Origin: a virus
Taxonomy: Duplodnaviria; Caudoviricetes
Length of the DNA: 64,000 bases
IMG/VR virus record: IMGVR_UViG_3300009183_000091
Coordinates: 1,681-65,680 of that record
Reading direction: 5' to 3' (one strand)
Every line of letters begins with the position of its first letter. Within the stretch, counting starts at the first letter, position 1. The position numbers and the translations under genes are program-made. The notes under the pieces are model-generated. The model ran no database searches, had not been told where the DNA came from, and saw only the letters and a program-made list of their open reading frames with translations. Positions 1 to 8,711 of this stretch are shown here, piece after piece.

Positions 1-29
1 TATAAAGTAATAAAGTAAAACAAAGTAAC

Positions 30-248
30 ATGAGAAGAAACGGAACATTCTATTTGAATAACAGAGGCACAAAATGGGTAGCTTTTGAAGACGGTAAAAA
101 AACTACTGTAACACTAGAAACAAAGTCAGGTAAGTTAGTCACAAGGACTGCTATATACTACGAAGCATTCGGTAATTGGGCGACTGCATTAATAAGTTAT
201 AAAGGAAAGAAGATAAGCGTATTTAGTGACACAATTTTAGAAGATTAA
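30..248 (+). CDS. small early hypothetical protein
   Basis: 72-aa ORF preceded by the shared AAACAAAGTAA motif. Confidence 0.7.
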   Translation: MRRNGTFYLNNRGTKWVAFEDGKKTTVTLETKSGKLVTRTAIYYEAFGNWATALISYKGKKISVFSDTILED

Positions 249-273
249 TTAATAATAAATAAAACAAAGTAAG

Positions 274-363
274 ATGAAAAAAGTAAGATTAGGAATGGGA
301 TTAGTAGCAGCATCGTATGTTGCGGTAGTTATCTATGCGGTAACAATGTTATGTAAATTTTAA
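274..363 (+). CDS. 29-aa hydrophobic membrane peptide (not in ORF track)
   Basis: MKKVRLGMGLVAASYVAVVIYAVTMLCKF, preceded by AAACAAAGTAA at 262-272. Confidence 0.6.
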   Translation: MKKVRLGMGLVAASYVAVVIYAVTMLCKF

Positions 364-391
364 TAGTAATAATAAATAAAACAAAGTAAAC

Positions 392-1216
392 ATGAAAACA
401 GTATTCAGCAACACGCAAGATTGCGTACATGCATTCGCACAAAGAGAAACTCCTCAAGGTAAGGCGAGTAGTATATTCTTCTATGGAGATAAGATCTATT
501 CATTCGGCTATCATTATTTGTTAGGCGAGTTTATTGATGATAAGACAATCGTTATCAATAATTCAGGGTACAGTAGTACTACTAGTAAACATATATCTTA
601 TGTTGGGTCAGGCACACGACAGTACAAACAGTTCTTCACAAGGGATTGCGAGATAGGTCTAGTGTACAATCAAGTACTAACATTGCAAGGTAATCTAGCT
701 AATGCAAGGAAGCCCGAAAACTATATCAATGGTATTCTATCCTTATGGGATTCGCTTAATGAGTATGTTAAGTATATCAAGTCTAAGAACATACCAAAAG
801 ATCCAAGATACAAAGCGATCAAGGCTATCGTTAAACACTTAAATATTGATTCGGTTCAATATCAGCAGAAATTAGCAGCAGCAAAGAAGAAAGATGAACT
901 AGCAAAGAAACGCAAAGAAGCTAAACAAATCAAGGAAGCGTTAACTAAATGGTACAACTACGAAGTTAATTCATTCAGAATAGGAGATACAGACTTTCTA
1001 AGACTAAGCCAGGACGGTCAAATGGTAGAGACATCACAATATGTCAAAGTATCAGTAGGCGAAGCCAAAACACTATACAAAGCAATCTGTAACGGTGTCG
1101 ACATCAAAGGTCATAGAATAAGTAATTACACAGTAAACTCTATCAATGGTAGACTAAAGATAGGTTGTCATAACATTGACATGGATTCAGTACATAAAGT
1201 AGGTAAACAATTATAA
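392..1216 (+). CDS. phage early protein (YSxTTSKH motif family)
   Basis: IYSFGYHY..GYSSTTSKH N-terminal motif and C-terminal LKIGCHNI, resembling recurrent phage early proteins. Confidence 0.7.
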   Translation: MKTVFSNTQDCVHAFAQRETPQGKASSIFFYGDKIYSFGYHYLLGEFIDDKTIVINNSGYSSTTSKHISYVGSGTRQYKQFFTRDCEIGLVYNQVLTLQGNLANARKPENYINGILSLWDSLNEYVKYIKSKNIPKDPRYKAIKAIVKHLNIDSVQYQQKLAAAKKKDELAKKRKEAKQIKEALTKWYNYEVNSFRIGDTDFLRLSQDGQMVETSQYVKVSVGEAKTLYKAICNGVDIKGHRISNYTVNSINGRLKIGCHNIDMDSVHKVGKQL

Positions 1217-1235
1217 AACAGTAAACAAAGTAAAT

Positions 1236-1364
1236 ATGAAAAAGTTAGTAGTAGTCATGGTGTCAATCGTAGTGTTGGCATCATGCAAATCAAGTAAGAC
1301 ATCATGCGAAGCGTATGGTCACAAAGTAAAGATGACATCAACCACTAAACAAGTAAGAAGATGA
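1236..1364 (+). CDS. 42-aa putative lipoprotein (not in ORF track)
   Basis: MKKLVVVMVSIVVLASC: basic N-region, hydrophobic core, LASC lipobox; stop overlaps the next ATG. Confidence 0.6.
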   Translation: MKKLVVVMVSIVVLASCKSSKTSCEAYGHKVKMTSTTKQVRR

Positions 1365-1981
1365 GAACAGTAGAAGTAAAGCTATACAAGTTCGATGAAC
1401 TAAGCGACAAGGCACAAGCAAAAGTAATAGAGAAGAATAGAGACATCAATGTGTATGATGACTGGCACGAGTTTATAATTGAGGACTGGATTAATGAAGA
1501 GATACCTAGTCGAGGATTCGAGGCAACGAAGATATACTACTCAGGCTTCTATAGTCAAGGAGACGGAGCAATGTTTGAGTACGATGGTATTAAAGATGAT
1601 CTATTAAATAAGTTCTTAGATACAATGTTAATAGGTATAGAACCTCTATCTCCTATGCGTAAACAATGGATATTAAATAATATATACGTTAGTGCTAAAG
1701 GTAGACATAGCGGTCATTACAATCATGAAGGATGTTGCAGTCATCAAATATATTGGGAGGTAGATAATGGTGACTTACATTGGTCCACAACTTTTCATCA
1801 ATGGCTCATGTCATTTGCGGATGACTTCGAAGCATTCATAGTAGAAGAATACGAATATATATGTAGAGAATTATACAGAGCATTAGAAAAAGAATATGAC
1901 TATTTCACAGAAGACGAACAGATAGTAGAGACATTGAGAATCAATGACTACGACTTTACAGAGGAGGGAGATAATTATTAA
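1361..1981 (+). CDS. acidic protein resembling the ICE/phage family annotated 'antitoxin of toxin-antitoxin stability system'
   Basis: Motifs YKFDELSDKAQ, YSGFYSQGDGAMF, LYRALEKEYDY, NDYDFTEEG. Confidence 0.6.
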   Translation: MRTVEVKLYKFDELSDKAQAKVIEKNRDINVYDDWHEFIIEDWINEEIPSRGFEATKIYYSGFYSQGDGAMFEYDGIKDDLLNKFLDTMLIGIEPLSPMRKQWILNNIYVSAKGRHSGHYNHEGCCSHQIYWEVDNGDLHWSTTFHQWLMSFADDFEAFIVEEYEYICRELYRALEKEYDYFTEDEQIVETLRINDYDFTEEGDNY

Positions 1982-1999
1982 TTAATAAAACAAAGTAAA

Positions 2000-2356
2000 A
2001 TGAAACGATCAGAAAAAATTGAGAAATTCTTTAGAGAAGAAATTAAAATGAATGAAATTGATATTATGTATTTTATTGATGCAGATGAAGTTAAGTCATT
2101 CGATGATGTCTATGAGGCAATAGATAATGACGGTGGATTCAATGTAGAGGTAATATACTACACTGCTGCAATGGAATATCTAATGGAACGTGACCCATCA
2201 CTACGAGAATCTGTAGGGATAGCAGAGGAGTACGGCTACACCCCAAGTAATATTACAAGTGAGGTGTTAGCTTCTTTACTAGCATCTAGGGAATGTAGAG
2301 AAGAGTTTATGAGGTATGAGGATGAGATAACAGAGTTTTTTAATGAATTAAATTAA
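2000..2356 (+). CDS. acidic Ocr-like candidate DNA-mimic protein
   Basis: 118 aa, about 30 D/E versus 12 K/R, central VIYYTAAMEYL motif. Confidence 0.45.
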   Translation: MKRSEKIEKFFREEIKMNEIDIMYFIDADEVKSFDDVYEAIDNDGGFNVEVIYYTAAMEYLMERDPSLRESVGIAEEYGYTPSNITSEVLASLLASRECREEFMRYEDEITEFFNELN

Positions 2357-2402
2357 GTAAGGTTTTTAAAGTGTTCAATATCAACAAAGTAAAATAATAA
2401 TT

Positions 2403-2963
2403 ATGAATCAATTTTTTGAAGGTTTAGCGAACCAAAACAACGCAGAAGTGACTAGTGTAGTTACAAAAAAGAATGCTTTTACTATGAATGTAGGGGGAAG
2501 TTTAATCGTAACCAAAGGAATACTCTCTTTAAAGGTGAATTATTGGGCTGGAGTATATGAATCAAATAGGTATAGTAAATATCTTCACACAGATGATTTA
2601 GATTGGGATTATGATAACTATTACATAAACGGAGTAAAGATAGATTCTATTTCTAAGTTCAATGAGGGATTAAATAATATGGGATTGTCTTCTATATCTA
2701 AACTAATGGAAATTGAACAAAACGAAATTAGAACAGAAGTATTAAAAGTATTATTTAGTGATGAAAACATATCTAAAATGTTTGATGGAATGGTATTCTT
2801 TGATTCACTAAGCAATGAAGAGCAAAAACAATTATTCATTGACCTTGCTATCCAAGATTACGATAAGGCTTATCCTTACGACATGAAAAGACATGGTATA
2901 ATTGAACAGTCAGAAGAGAAGCCATCTTATGAAGAGTTCTTAGAAAGAATAAATCAACTATGA
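2403..2963 (+). CDS. hypothetical early protein
   Basis: 186-aa ORF, upstream AACAAAGTAA motif. Confidence 0.7.
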   Translation: MNQFFEGLANQNNAEVTSVVTKKNAFTMNVGGSLIVTKGILSLKVNYWAGVYESNRYSKYLHTDDLDWDYDNYYINGVKIDSISKFNEGLNNMGLSSISKLMEIEQNEIRTEVLKVLFSDENISKMFDGMVFFDSLSNEEQKQLFIDLAIQDYDKAYPYDMKRHGIIEQSEEKPSYEEFLERINQL

Positions 2964-3151
2964 ATGTACAAGAAATAAAAGAAGCCGTTACGAATGGCGA
3001 AAAAGTATGTTGGTGTAACGATGCTTATGAGGTTATCCAAGACGGTCTAGGACGCTTTTTAATTAAGTGTATAAATGGTCATTGCATAGGATTGACACAT
3101 ACAGACAATGTTACTCTCAATGGTAATGAAGATGAATTTTATAAAAAATAA
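2960..3151 (+). CDS. small hypothetical protein
   Basis: 63-aa ORF, ATGA overlap with the upstream gene. Confidence 0.7.
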   Translation: MNVQEIKEAVTNGEKVCWCNDAYEVIQDGLGRFLIKCINGHCIGLTHTDNVTLNGNEDEFYKK

Positions 3152-3154
3152 ATT

Positions 3155-3439
3155 ATGGAAAAGTTTGCAAGACGATGCGATGCTACTGGTTGTGGCATGA
3201 ACGAAGGATATGTAGTAGGAGCAGGAGACTTATACTACTCTAAAAAAGAACACCTATTAGAACATCTAATGGGTTTAGATTGGGAAAATTGTAATGGAGT
3301 TAATTCATCCACTATAACAGATGATGATGATTTAATAGAGTTCTTCTATAATGAAGACTACTGCTATTACACTGAGTGGGAACAGATTAGTATTGAGGAT
3401 ATATACTACGATGAAGATGGTAACGAATATAATGATTAA
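3155..3439 (+). CDS. small acidic hypothetical protein
   Basis: 94 aa, N-terminal CDxxGxGMNEGY, D/E/Y-rich C-terminus. Confidence 0.7.
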   Translation: MEKFARRCDATGCGMNEGYVVGAGDLYYSKKEHLLEHLMGLDWENCNGVNSSTITDDDDLIEFFYNEDYCYYTEWEQISIEDIYYDEDGNEYND

Positions 3440-3442
3440 GCT

Positions 3443-3652
3443 ATGGAAATAAAAATTAACGGTATTGAGCTAGCTGCTGAGTTGGCTCATACTAGAACAT
3501 TGTATGAATCAGGAGATATATGCAATAACGAAGATGAAATGTATGATGATCCAGTAGATGGAGTACAGATATACACAGACGAGATACAAGATAGGTTTAA
3601 TGAATGGTATGATTACTACCTATCAGAAATAGAAAAATATATAATCAATTAA
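3443..3652 (+). CDS. small acidic hypothetical protein
   Basis: 69 aa, YTDEIQDRFNEWYDYY motif. Confidence 0.7.
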   Translation: MEIKINGIELAAELAHTRTLYESGDICNNEDEMYDDPVDGVQIYTDEIQDRFNEWYDYYLSEIEKYIIN

Positions 3653-3662
3653 ATTAAAAGTT

Positions 3663-3815
3663 ATGAATGAGAAATTATTTGATGCCGTTATTAGCTTCAT
3701 AGAGCAAGGCAAACAACACAAGTTAGACAATCTATTAAAGAACTTATCAAAGACTCGTAGAAGAGAGATGACAGAGTTATTAGATGCTATTAAATTACTA
3801 GAGTTAGAATTTTAA
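3663..3815 (+). CDS. 50-aa hypothetical protein (not in ORF track)
   Basis: MNEKLFDAV...LELEF fills the gap; preceded by AAATTAAAAGTT. Confidence 0.6.
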   Translation: MNEKLFDAVISFIEQGKQHKLDNLLKNLSKTRRREMTELLDAIKLLELEF

Positions 3816-3825
3816 ATTAAATGTT

Positions 3826-4044
3826 ATGAATAAAATAGATAAATCTACGCAAAATGCGTTACTCACATTGCGTAATGCAGGTTATTATGTTGGTAATCTT
3901 TGGCATATTGATGATGTAAATAACGATGACTTAACTAAAGAAGAAAAGTTAGATGTATTACATCATGCTATCCATAGAGATTATATATATAGTCTTATCA
4001 ACGAAGCTATCCAAGAAGAAGTATCAGCGTTAACAGAATTTTAA
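3826..4044 (+). CDS. small hypothetical protein
   Basis: 72-aa ORF in tightly packed early cluster. Confidence 0.7.
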   Translation: MNKIDKSTQNALLTLRNAGYYVGNLWHIDDVNNDDLTKEEKLDVLHHAIHRDYIYSLINEAIQEEVSALTEF

Positions 4045-4054
4045 ATTAAAAGTT

Positions 4055-4279
4055 ATGAGAGATTTATTTGAGACACCAGAATTAATACCTCAAGATGTAC
4101 AAGCTATACTTGAGACATTCAATGAAGATAGTCCTAACACTTACCTAGAGTTATCTAGGTTAATTAATGAGCTAGAGGTAACAGGATATATATTCGATTA
4201 CTACCTAGATGCTGAGCCTTATGGGTTAAGGCCTATCAATGTAGAGTTACAAGAGTTAGAAGGATGGGAACACGTTTAA
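4055..4279 (+). CDS. small acidic hypothetical protein
   Basis: 74 aa, MRDLFETPELIP...GYIFDYYLDAEPY. Confidence 0.7.
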   Translation: MRDLFETPELIPQDVQAILETFNEDSPNTYLELSRLINELEVTGYIFDYYLDAEPYGLRPINVELQELEGWEHV

Positions 4280-4291
4280 AAAATAAAAGTT

Positions 4292-4447
4292 ATGAGAGAA
4301 AAACTAATTAACCTAATCATGTCCTATGCAGGAGATGAAATAGAGATGGCCGATGTAATTAAGATGGCTAAGGAATCAGAAGAAGAGTTATTAGATAGGG
4401 TAGAGGCTATCTTATCTTATTATTGTCACGAATCACAAATGATGTAG
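4292..4447 (+). CDS. 51-aa hypothetical protein (not in ORF track)
   Basis: MREKLINLIMSYAGDE...; preceded by AAATAAAAGTT. Confidence 0.6.
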   Translation: MREKLINLIMSYAGDEIEMADVIKMAKESEEELLDRVEAILSYYCHESQMM

Positions 4448-4448
4448 C

Positions 4449-4769
4449 ATGAATGATACAATAGACTGGTCCGCTGGCAAGATTGCCGTATGGGCTAACA
4501 GAACAGGATTAATTGAGGTAGAAATAAAATCTAATCTTTATATACTAGAGTTTGATTGGTACGTTAAACATTGTATTGATGATAACTTTATAATAGAGTT
4601 AGAGCTTGATGATGTCTCATGCTACAATAAAGACACTGGTGAGAACTCAGAGTCACTATCAGATATATATCAAGAAACAATTACAGAAATGGTTGAGCAA
4701 TATATAAATGACAATGCTTATGAATTAGGATTAGAAAGTTACAGTGAAGATAGATACGATTTTGATTAA
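4449..4769 (+). CDS. acidic hypothetical protein
   Basis: 106 aa, D/E-rich. Confidence 0.65.
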   Translation: MNDTIDWSAGKIAVWANRTGLIEVEIKSNLYILEFDWYVKHCIDDNFIIELELDDVSCYNKDTGENSESLSDIYQETITEMVEQYINDNAYELGLESYSEDRYDFD

Positions 4770-4784
4770 TAAAAAAATAATAAT

Positions 4785-4949
4785 ATGAATACATACCACT
4801 TTTGCTATACGATAGGCGATGACCTATGCACTGGCGTTAACATTAAATCAAGCTCTTATCTTGGAGCTTTACAGAAATTCAATAACAATTACGGTAGCAA
4901 TAAAGATGTGCTATATGTAATGAAAATAAAAACTATATATGGGGGATAA
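4785..4949 (+). CDS. 54-aa hypothetical protein (not in ORF track)
   Basis: MNTYHFCY...IYGG, A-rich upstream region. Confidence 0.5.
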   Translation: MNTYHFCYTIGDDLCTGVNIKSSSYLGALQKFNNNYGSNKDVLYVMKIKTIYGG

Positions 4950-5206
4950 AATAATATGGATGACACTTATAGTATCATGGATGTTAAACATATTCTATGT
5001 AATAGGTATGGGATTCATGATGATCTCAGCAATGGTAAACACTATATACTTAATCTTTAAATAGTATGAAAGAATCAATAATTAACATAAGCATAGTAAT
5101 CTATTGCTTAACAAGTTCAATCTTTTTTATATCGTTTATTTTTATATTGTTTAACATATCATTTGATACATTGATAAGATTTTTTAATTAATTTAGTATA
5201 TAATAT

Positions 5207-5599
5207 ATGGACATGAAAATAATAGATCTTCTAAAGAACAAACTACCCAAAGAATATGTTGATGCAATAATCAACAACTTAAAATCACCATCAATCCTGT
5301 ACGAAGAAGCAGGAGACATAGAAGGAGAACTACTATCTCTATTTGATTGGACAGACTCTAATGAAGGACATGATTTCTGGAGTAATGTATTCGAGTCAGT
5401 AACAGAGAATAAGAAGTTACCCAAGATGAATAGAGCAATCATCGACTACTTACCAGGAACAATCATCTTCACTAAAAGCTCTATAATGACTATGAATGTA
5501 GCAGGCATGGACATCAAGTTAAACTTTGACTACACACCTAGTATCATAGAGTTTATGTCTGAATCAATCGAAGAAAAATTTTATACCTGGATGAATTAA
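5207..5599 (+). CDS. hypothetical protein
   Basis: 130 aa, FDWTDSNEGHDFW motif. Confidence 0.7.
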   Translation: MDMKIIDLLKNKLPKEYVDAIINNLKSPSILYEEAGDIEGELLSLFDWTDSNEGHDFWSNVFESVTENKKLPKMNRAIIDYLPGTIIFTKSSIMTMNVAGMDIKLNFDYTPSIIEFMSESIEEKFYTWMN

Positions 5600-5613
5600 T
5601 TAAAATTATTTTG

Positions 5614-5621
5614 TATCTTTG
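5614..5621 (+). promoter_or_regulatory. Bacteroidota sigma70 -7 element
   Basis: TATCTTTG matches TAnnTTTG, upstream of a structured leader. Confidence 0.7.
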
Positions 5622-5730
5622 CTGAGTTCCATCTCACACTATACGAACATAAGGTATTAATGAAGCCTTGCAATGAAACTGAAGTGAGATGCAGTGGATT
5701 TGCGAGGTTTTTTAATTTTATACATCTCAC
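5622..5730 (+). ncRNA. structured 5' leader: two hairpins with complementary loops, the second terminator-like
   Basis: CATCTCAC (5630-5637) complementary to loop GTGAGATG (5684-5691); 11-bp stem 5663-5673/5700-5710 ending in a T run. Confidence 0.65.
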
Positions 5731-6261
5731 ATGAAAAAAGAAAGAAAAGATTTCTTCAAGATTACCTTTGAAGACATGCAACTAGCCAAAGATTTTTTTG
5801 AAAAAGAAAAGCATTACATTGAATGGTTTTATGCTGTTTCTGAATATTATCAGGGCAATTTAATTCAAATTAAAAACAAAATCGTTCAAAAATATTTCAA
5901 TAATTATAAAAAAACGATGGACTTCATAATAAAGTCTAAACACATTGGTGAAAAAGGCGGTTTGCAAAAGGCTATGAATCAAGAAGTTAAGTCTCAGACC
6001 CTAGAAGGGGTGGTAGAGCAACCCTTGTACCATCCCCCCTACCTAATTAGTAATAATAAAATAGAAAATATAAATAATAAAACATTAATTAAAAAAGAAG
6101 AATTAATAAACAAGTTAGAAAAATTAATAAGTGAAGAAAATTTCGATAGGGAAATGACTTATGATTACATGAATGATTATATTCAGTTTGCTGAGTATTA
6201 TTATTCAGATGAAGAAAGAAAAAAGATAGGCGATGATTTGTTACAATTTAAAATAAAATAA
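5731..6261 (+). CDS. putative replication initiator / replisome organiser (DUF6291-like N-terminus)
   Basis: Helical N-domain ending GEKGG, followed by a K/N/E low-complexity linker typical of phage initiators. Confidence 0.5.
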   Translation: MKKERKDFFKITFEDMQLAKDFFEKEKHYIEWFYAVSEYYQGNLIQIKNKIVQKYFNNYKKTMDFIIKSKHIGEKGGLQKAMNQEVKSQTLEGVVEQPLYHPPYLISNNKIENINNKTLIKKEELINKLEKLISEENFDREMTYDYMNDYIQFAEYYYSDEERKKIGDDLLQFKIK

Positions 6262-6263
6262 AT

Positions 6264-6653
6264 ATGAAAAAAGAAAAAGAAAAAAAAATGTATGTTAAAT
6301 GTATTGACAACAAATGGCTTGAGAAGTATTTAACAGTTGGTAGTAAGTACATCGTTACATCTCGTTATGTTGATCCTAATGGAAACGTAATGTCTTATTT
6401 AGTCCTTGATGATTCAGGAGCATGGAATCATTACTCTCCTTCTCTTGTTGAACCTTGTTCACTATCTACAACAGATCCTATCGTAGAGCAAGTCAAAGAA
6501 CTATTCGATCAACGTAGCTTTTTAGGTGTTAAAAAATATGGAACTACTCTTCATGCAAATAATACTGATGACTTCTTGCTACATGCACTTGAAGAAGCTA
6601 TGGACTTATGTCTTTACTTAACTAAAATAAGAGAACAATTAAAAAATAAATAA
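6264..6653 (+). CDS. small beta domain fused to a MazG-like helical domain
   Basis: C-terminal RSFLGVKKYGTTL...HALEEAMDLCLY with EExxD motif. Confidence 0.5.
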   Translation: MKKEKEKKMYVKCIDNKWLEKYLTVGSKYIVTSRYVDPNGNVMSYLVLDDSGAWNHYSPSLVEPCSLSTTDPIVEQVKELFDQRSFLGVKKYGTTLHANNTDDFLLHALEEAMDLCLYLTKIREQLKNK

Positions 6654-6657
6654 TTAA

Positions 6658-7368
6658 ATGCGTACAGCTTATATATATAAAATAACAAATCCAAAAGGAA
6701 GAATATATGTAGGTTCTACCGTTAAATTAGATCAAAGAATTTCTAGTTATAAAGGCTTACATTGCAAATTACAAGTAAAAATATATAGGTCAATAAAAAA
6801 ATATGGATGGGAAAATCATTTATTTGAAATATTAAAAGAATGCAAAGAATTAGATAGATATTATTATGAATCTTATTATGGTAATTTTTATAATGTATTA
6901 TCTAAAGAAAATTTAAATTTAGCATTGCCAAAATCAGACATGTTAGGTTTTTGCTTATCAGAAGAAACCAGAAAAAAAATAGGTAAAGCACATAAAGGTA
7001 AAATAATAAGCGAAGAACAAAAAAAACAAATGAGAGAAAATCTTAGATTGTCATTAATAAAAGATGGTCATCCAATGAAAGGAAAAAGCCCATGGAACAA
7101 AGGTAAATCATTTCTTTCTGGCGAAAAAAATCCTATGTTTGGAATTAAAAGATCTGAAGATTGGAAAAGACAACATTCTGAAAGAGCTAAATTAAATAAT
7201 GCTTCAGGAGAAAATCACTCCGCTTCAAAAATAGTTTTAGATTTTAATACTGGGATATATTATTTAACAGTAAAAGAAGCTAGCGAATCTCTTGGGATAA
7301 ATTATTCAACCTTAAGATGCAAATTAAATAAATCTAGAAAAAATAAAACGAGTTTAAAATATGTGTAA
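6658..7368 (+). CDS. GIY-YIG homing endonuclease with NUMOD3/NUMOD1-like repeats
   Basis: YIYKITN..IYVGS..R; SEETRKKIG, GEKNPMFG; C-terminal EASESLGINYSTL. Confidence 0.9.
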   Translation: MRTAYIYKITNPKGRIYVGSTVKLDQRISSYKGLHCKLQVKIYRSIKKYGWENHLFEILKECKELDRYYYESYYGNFYNVLSKENLNLALPKSDMLGFCLSEETRKKIGKAHKGKIISEEQKKQMRENLRLSLIKDGHPMKGKSPWNKGKSFLSGEKNPMFGIKRSEDWKRQHSERAKLNNASGENHSASKIVLDFNTGIYYLTVKEASESLGINYSTLRCKLNKSRKNKTSLKYV

Positions 7369-7386
7369 CAATTAAAAATAAATAAT

Positions 7387-7761
7387 ATGAGACAATTAGT
7401 TTATAACGCAGTAAAATGCTTAGAGTGTGGAGAAACAATAATCTCCAGGACTAGACATGACTATGTACTATGTGGATGCCCTAACCTAGCTATGGCAGAT
7501 GGTGGACTAGACTATATGAGGTATGGTGCTAAGGATATGAATAAGATTGAACCAATAGCTGTATATGCTGATGATGACTTTGAAGTAGTTAGGAAAGTAG
7601 CAGCTCGTGGTAGTAGAGGTCCTAATGGGGGTCAACCTTTATCGTGGATTGCGATATGCGATATGGATGATGATTACCTACAAGCAGTAGTTGAGTATGG
7701 TGGTGCAGATTGGCACATAGAGTTAATTGAAAAAGAAATAGAATATAGAAAAACAAAGTAA
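7387..7761 (+). CDS. zinc-ribbon phage protein
   Basis: CLECG...HDYVLCGC..ADGG. Confidence 0.7.
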   Translation: MRQLVYNAVKCLECGETIISRTRHDYVLCGCPNLAMADGGLDYMRYGAKDMNKIEPIAVYADDDFEVVRKVAARGSRGPNGGQPLSWIAICDMDDDYLQAVVEYGGADWHIELIEKEIEYRKTK

Positions 7762-7762
7762 G

Positions 7763-8005
7763 ATGAAAAAAATAAGTTTAATAACTCTAATGAGTTTAAG
7801 TTTTATCAGTTGTAAAAAAGAAGTACAACCTCCAGAGCCAACTCCAGCAGGACCATGTCATTGTGGAGAGATACTACAAAGCAATGTAACTACTGGCACA
7901 CTAACTGTAAAGAATTATTGTAGTGGTAATATATTAGATTTTCATGTAGGATCATCATGGTACATGAATCCACAGGTAGATTATTGTCAAGCAGTAGCAT
8001 GGTAA
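7763..8005 (+). CDS. putative lipoprotein
   Basis: MKKISLITLMSLSFISC lipobox; Cys-containing mature part. Confidence 0.65.
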   Translation: MKKISLITLMSLSFISCKKEVQPPEPTPAGPCHCGEILQSNVTTGTLTVKNYCSGNILDFHVGSSWYMNPQVDYCQAVAW

Positions 8006-8027
8006 TTAATAATTAAATAATAATAAA

Positions 8028-8330
8028 ATGAAAACAGCAATCGTATTTAGAGCAGATGGTAAACTTCAAGCTATGTTTAAAATAGACAATGAAGAAAAGT
8101 TTAAAGTATTACTAAAGTCAGTGTATGACTTTCCATACTACATTGAGTTAATAGATGACATACCTACCCTATCTTCCATGATGAGTGTAAGTCAGAATGA
8201 TGGCGATATAACCATAGAGATGAAAGATAGATACAATAGTAAAACTACAATCTATTCAATGGAAGAAGTAATAGTAAAGGATGGCATCATAATATGTACA
8301 GAAAAAAAATTTAATTCAATCTTTAATTAA
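8028..8330 (+). CDS. hypothetical protein
   Basis: 100-aa ORF. Confidence 0.65.
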   Translation: MKTAIVFRADGKLQAMFKIDNEEKFKVLLKSVYDFPYYIELIDDIPTLSSMMSVSQNDGDITIEMKDRYNSKTTIYSMEEVIVKDGIIICTEKKFNSIFN

Positions 8331-8384
8331 TAAATGTTAATAAGTTTGGATTTATGATTAATAACTTTTAATTTAGCAGAATCA

Positions 8385-8693
8385 ATGGCAACAATAAGAA
8401 AATTTACAGGTATAAAAGATATACTAGATGATCAACGATATAGGATCGGACATCTTCAGAGTGAATTAGTAAAGAATGACATACCAGGATCTAACTGGTC
8501 ATCATACATGAATGTTTATAATCTAGTACATGGGTGCTACCCTAATGATGCTTACACGTTTGTGTTCTTATCTGAGTTACTAAACATAGATATTAATGTA
8601 ATCATATCAAGATACTCAATGAGAAACGTATCAAGTATAGGCGCATCTAGAAGCGTAGAGAAAAAAGAAGTCTCAACAGAGGATATATTTTAA
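8385..8693 (+). CDS. putative Cro/XRE-like HTH regulator
   Basis: Helix pattern ..VYNLVHG.YP..FVFLSELLNID; promoter-like TTTG..TAATTTAG upstream. Confidence 0.45.
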   Translation: MATIRKFTGIKDILDDQRYRIGHLQSELVKNDIPGSNWSSYMNVYNLVHGCYPNDAYTFVFLSELLNIDINVIISRYSMRNVSSIGASRSVEKKEVSTEDIF

Positions 8694-8711
8694 TCTTTAA
8701 ATCAGAATAAA

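Noticed and set aside
18-2392. CAAAGTAA copies as antisense TAnnTTTG promoters
   Set aside because: The reverse strand reads TTACTTTG, which misses the conserved TA; fixed spacing to ATG favours a translational role, though this is not excluded
6658-7368. Group I intron around the GIY-YIG gene
   Set aside because: Flanking gaps are only 4 and 18 nt, leaving no room for an intron core; both neighbours look complete
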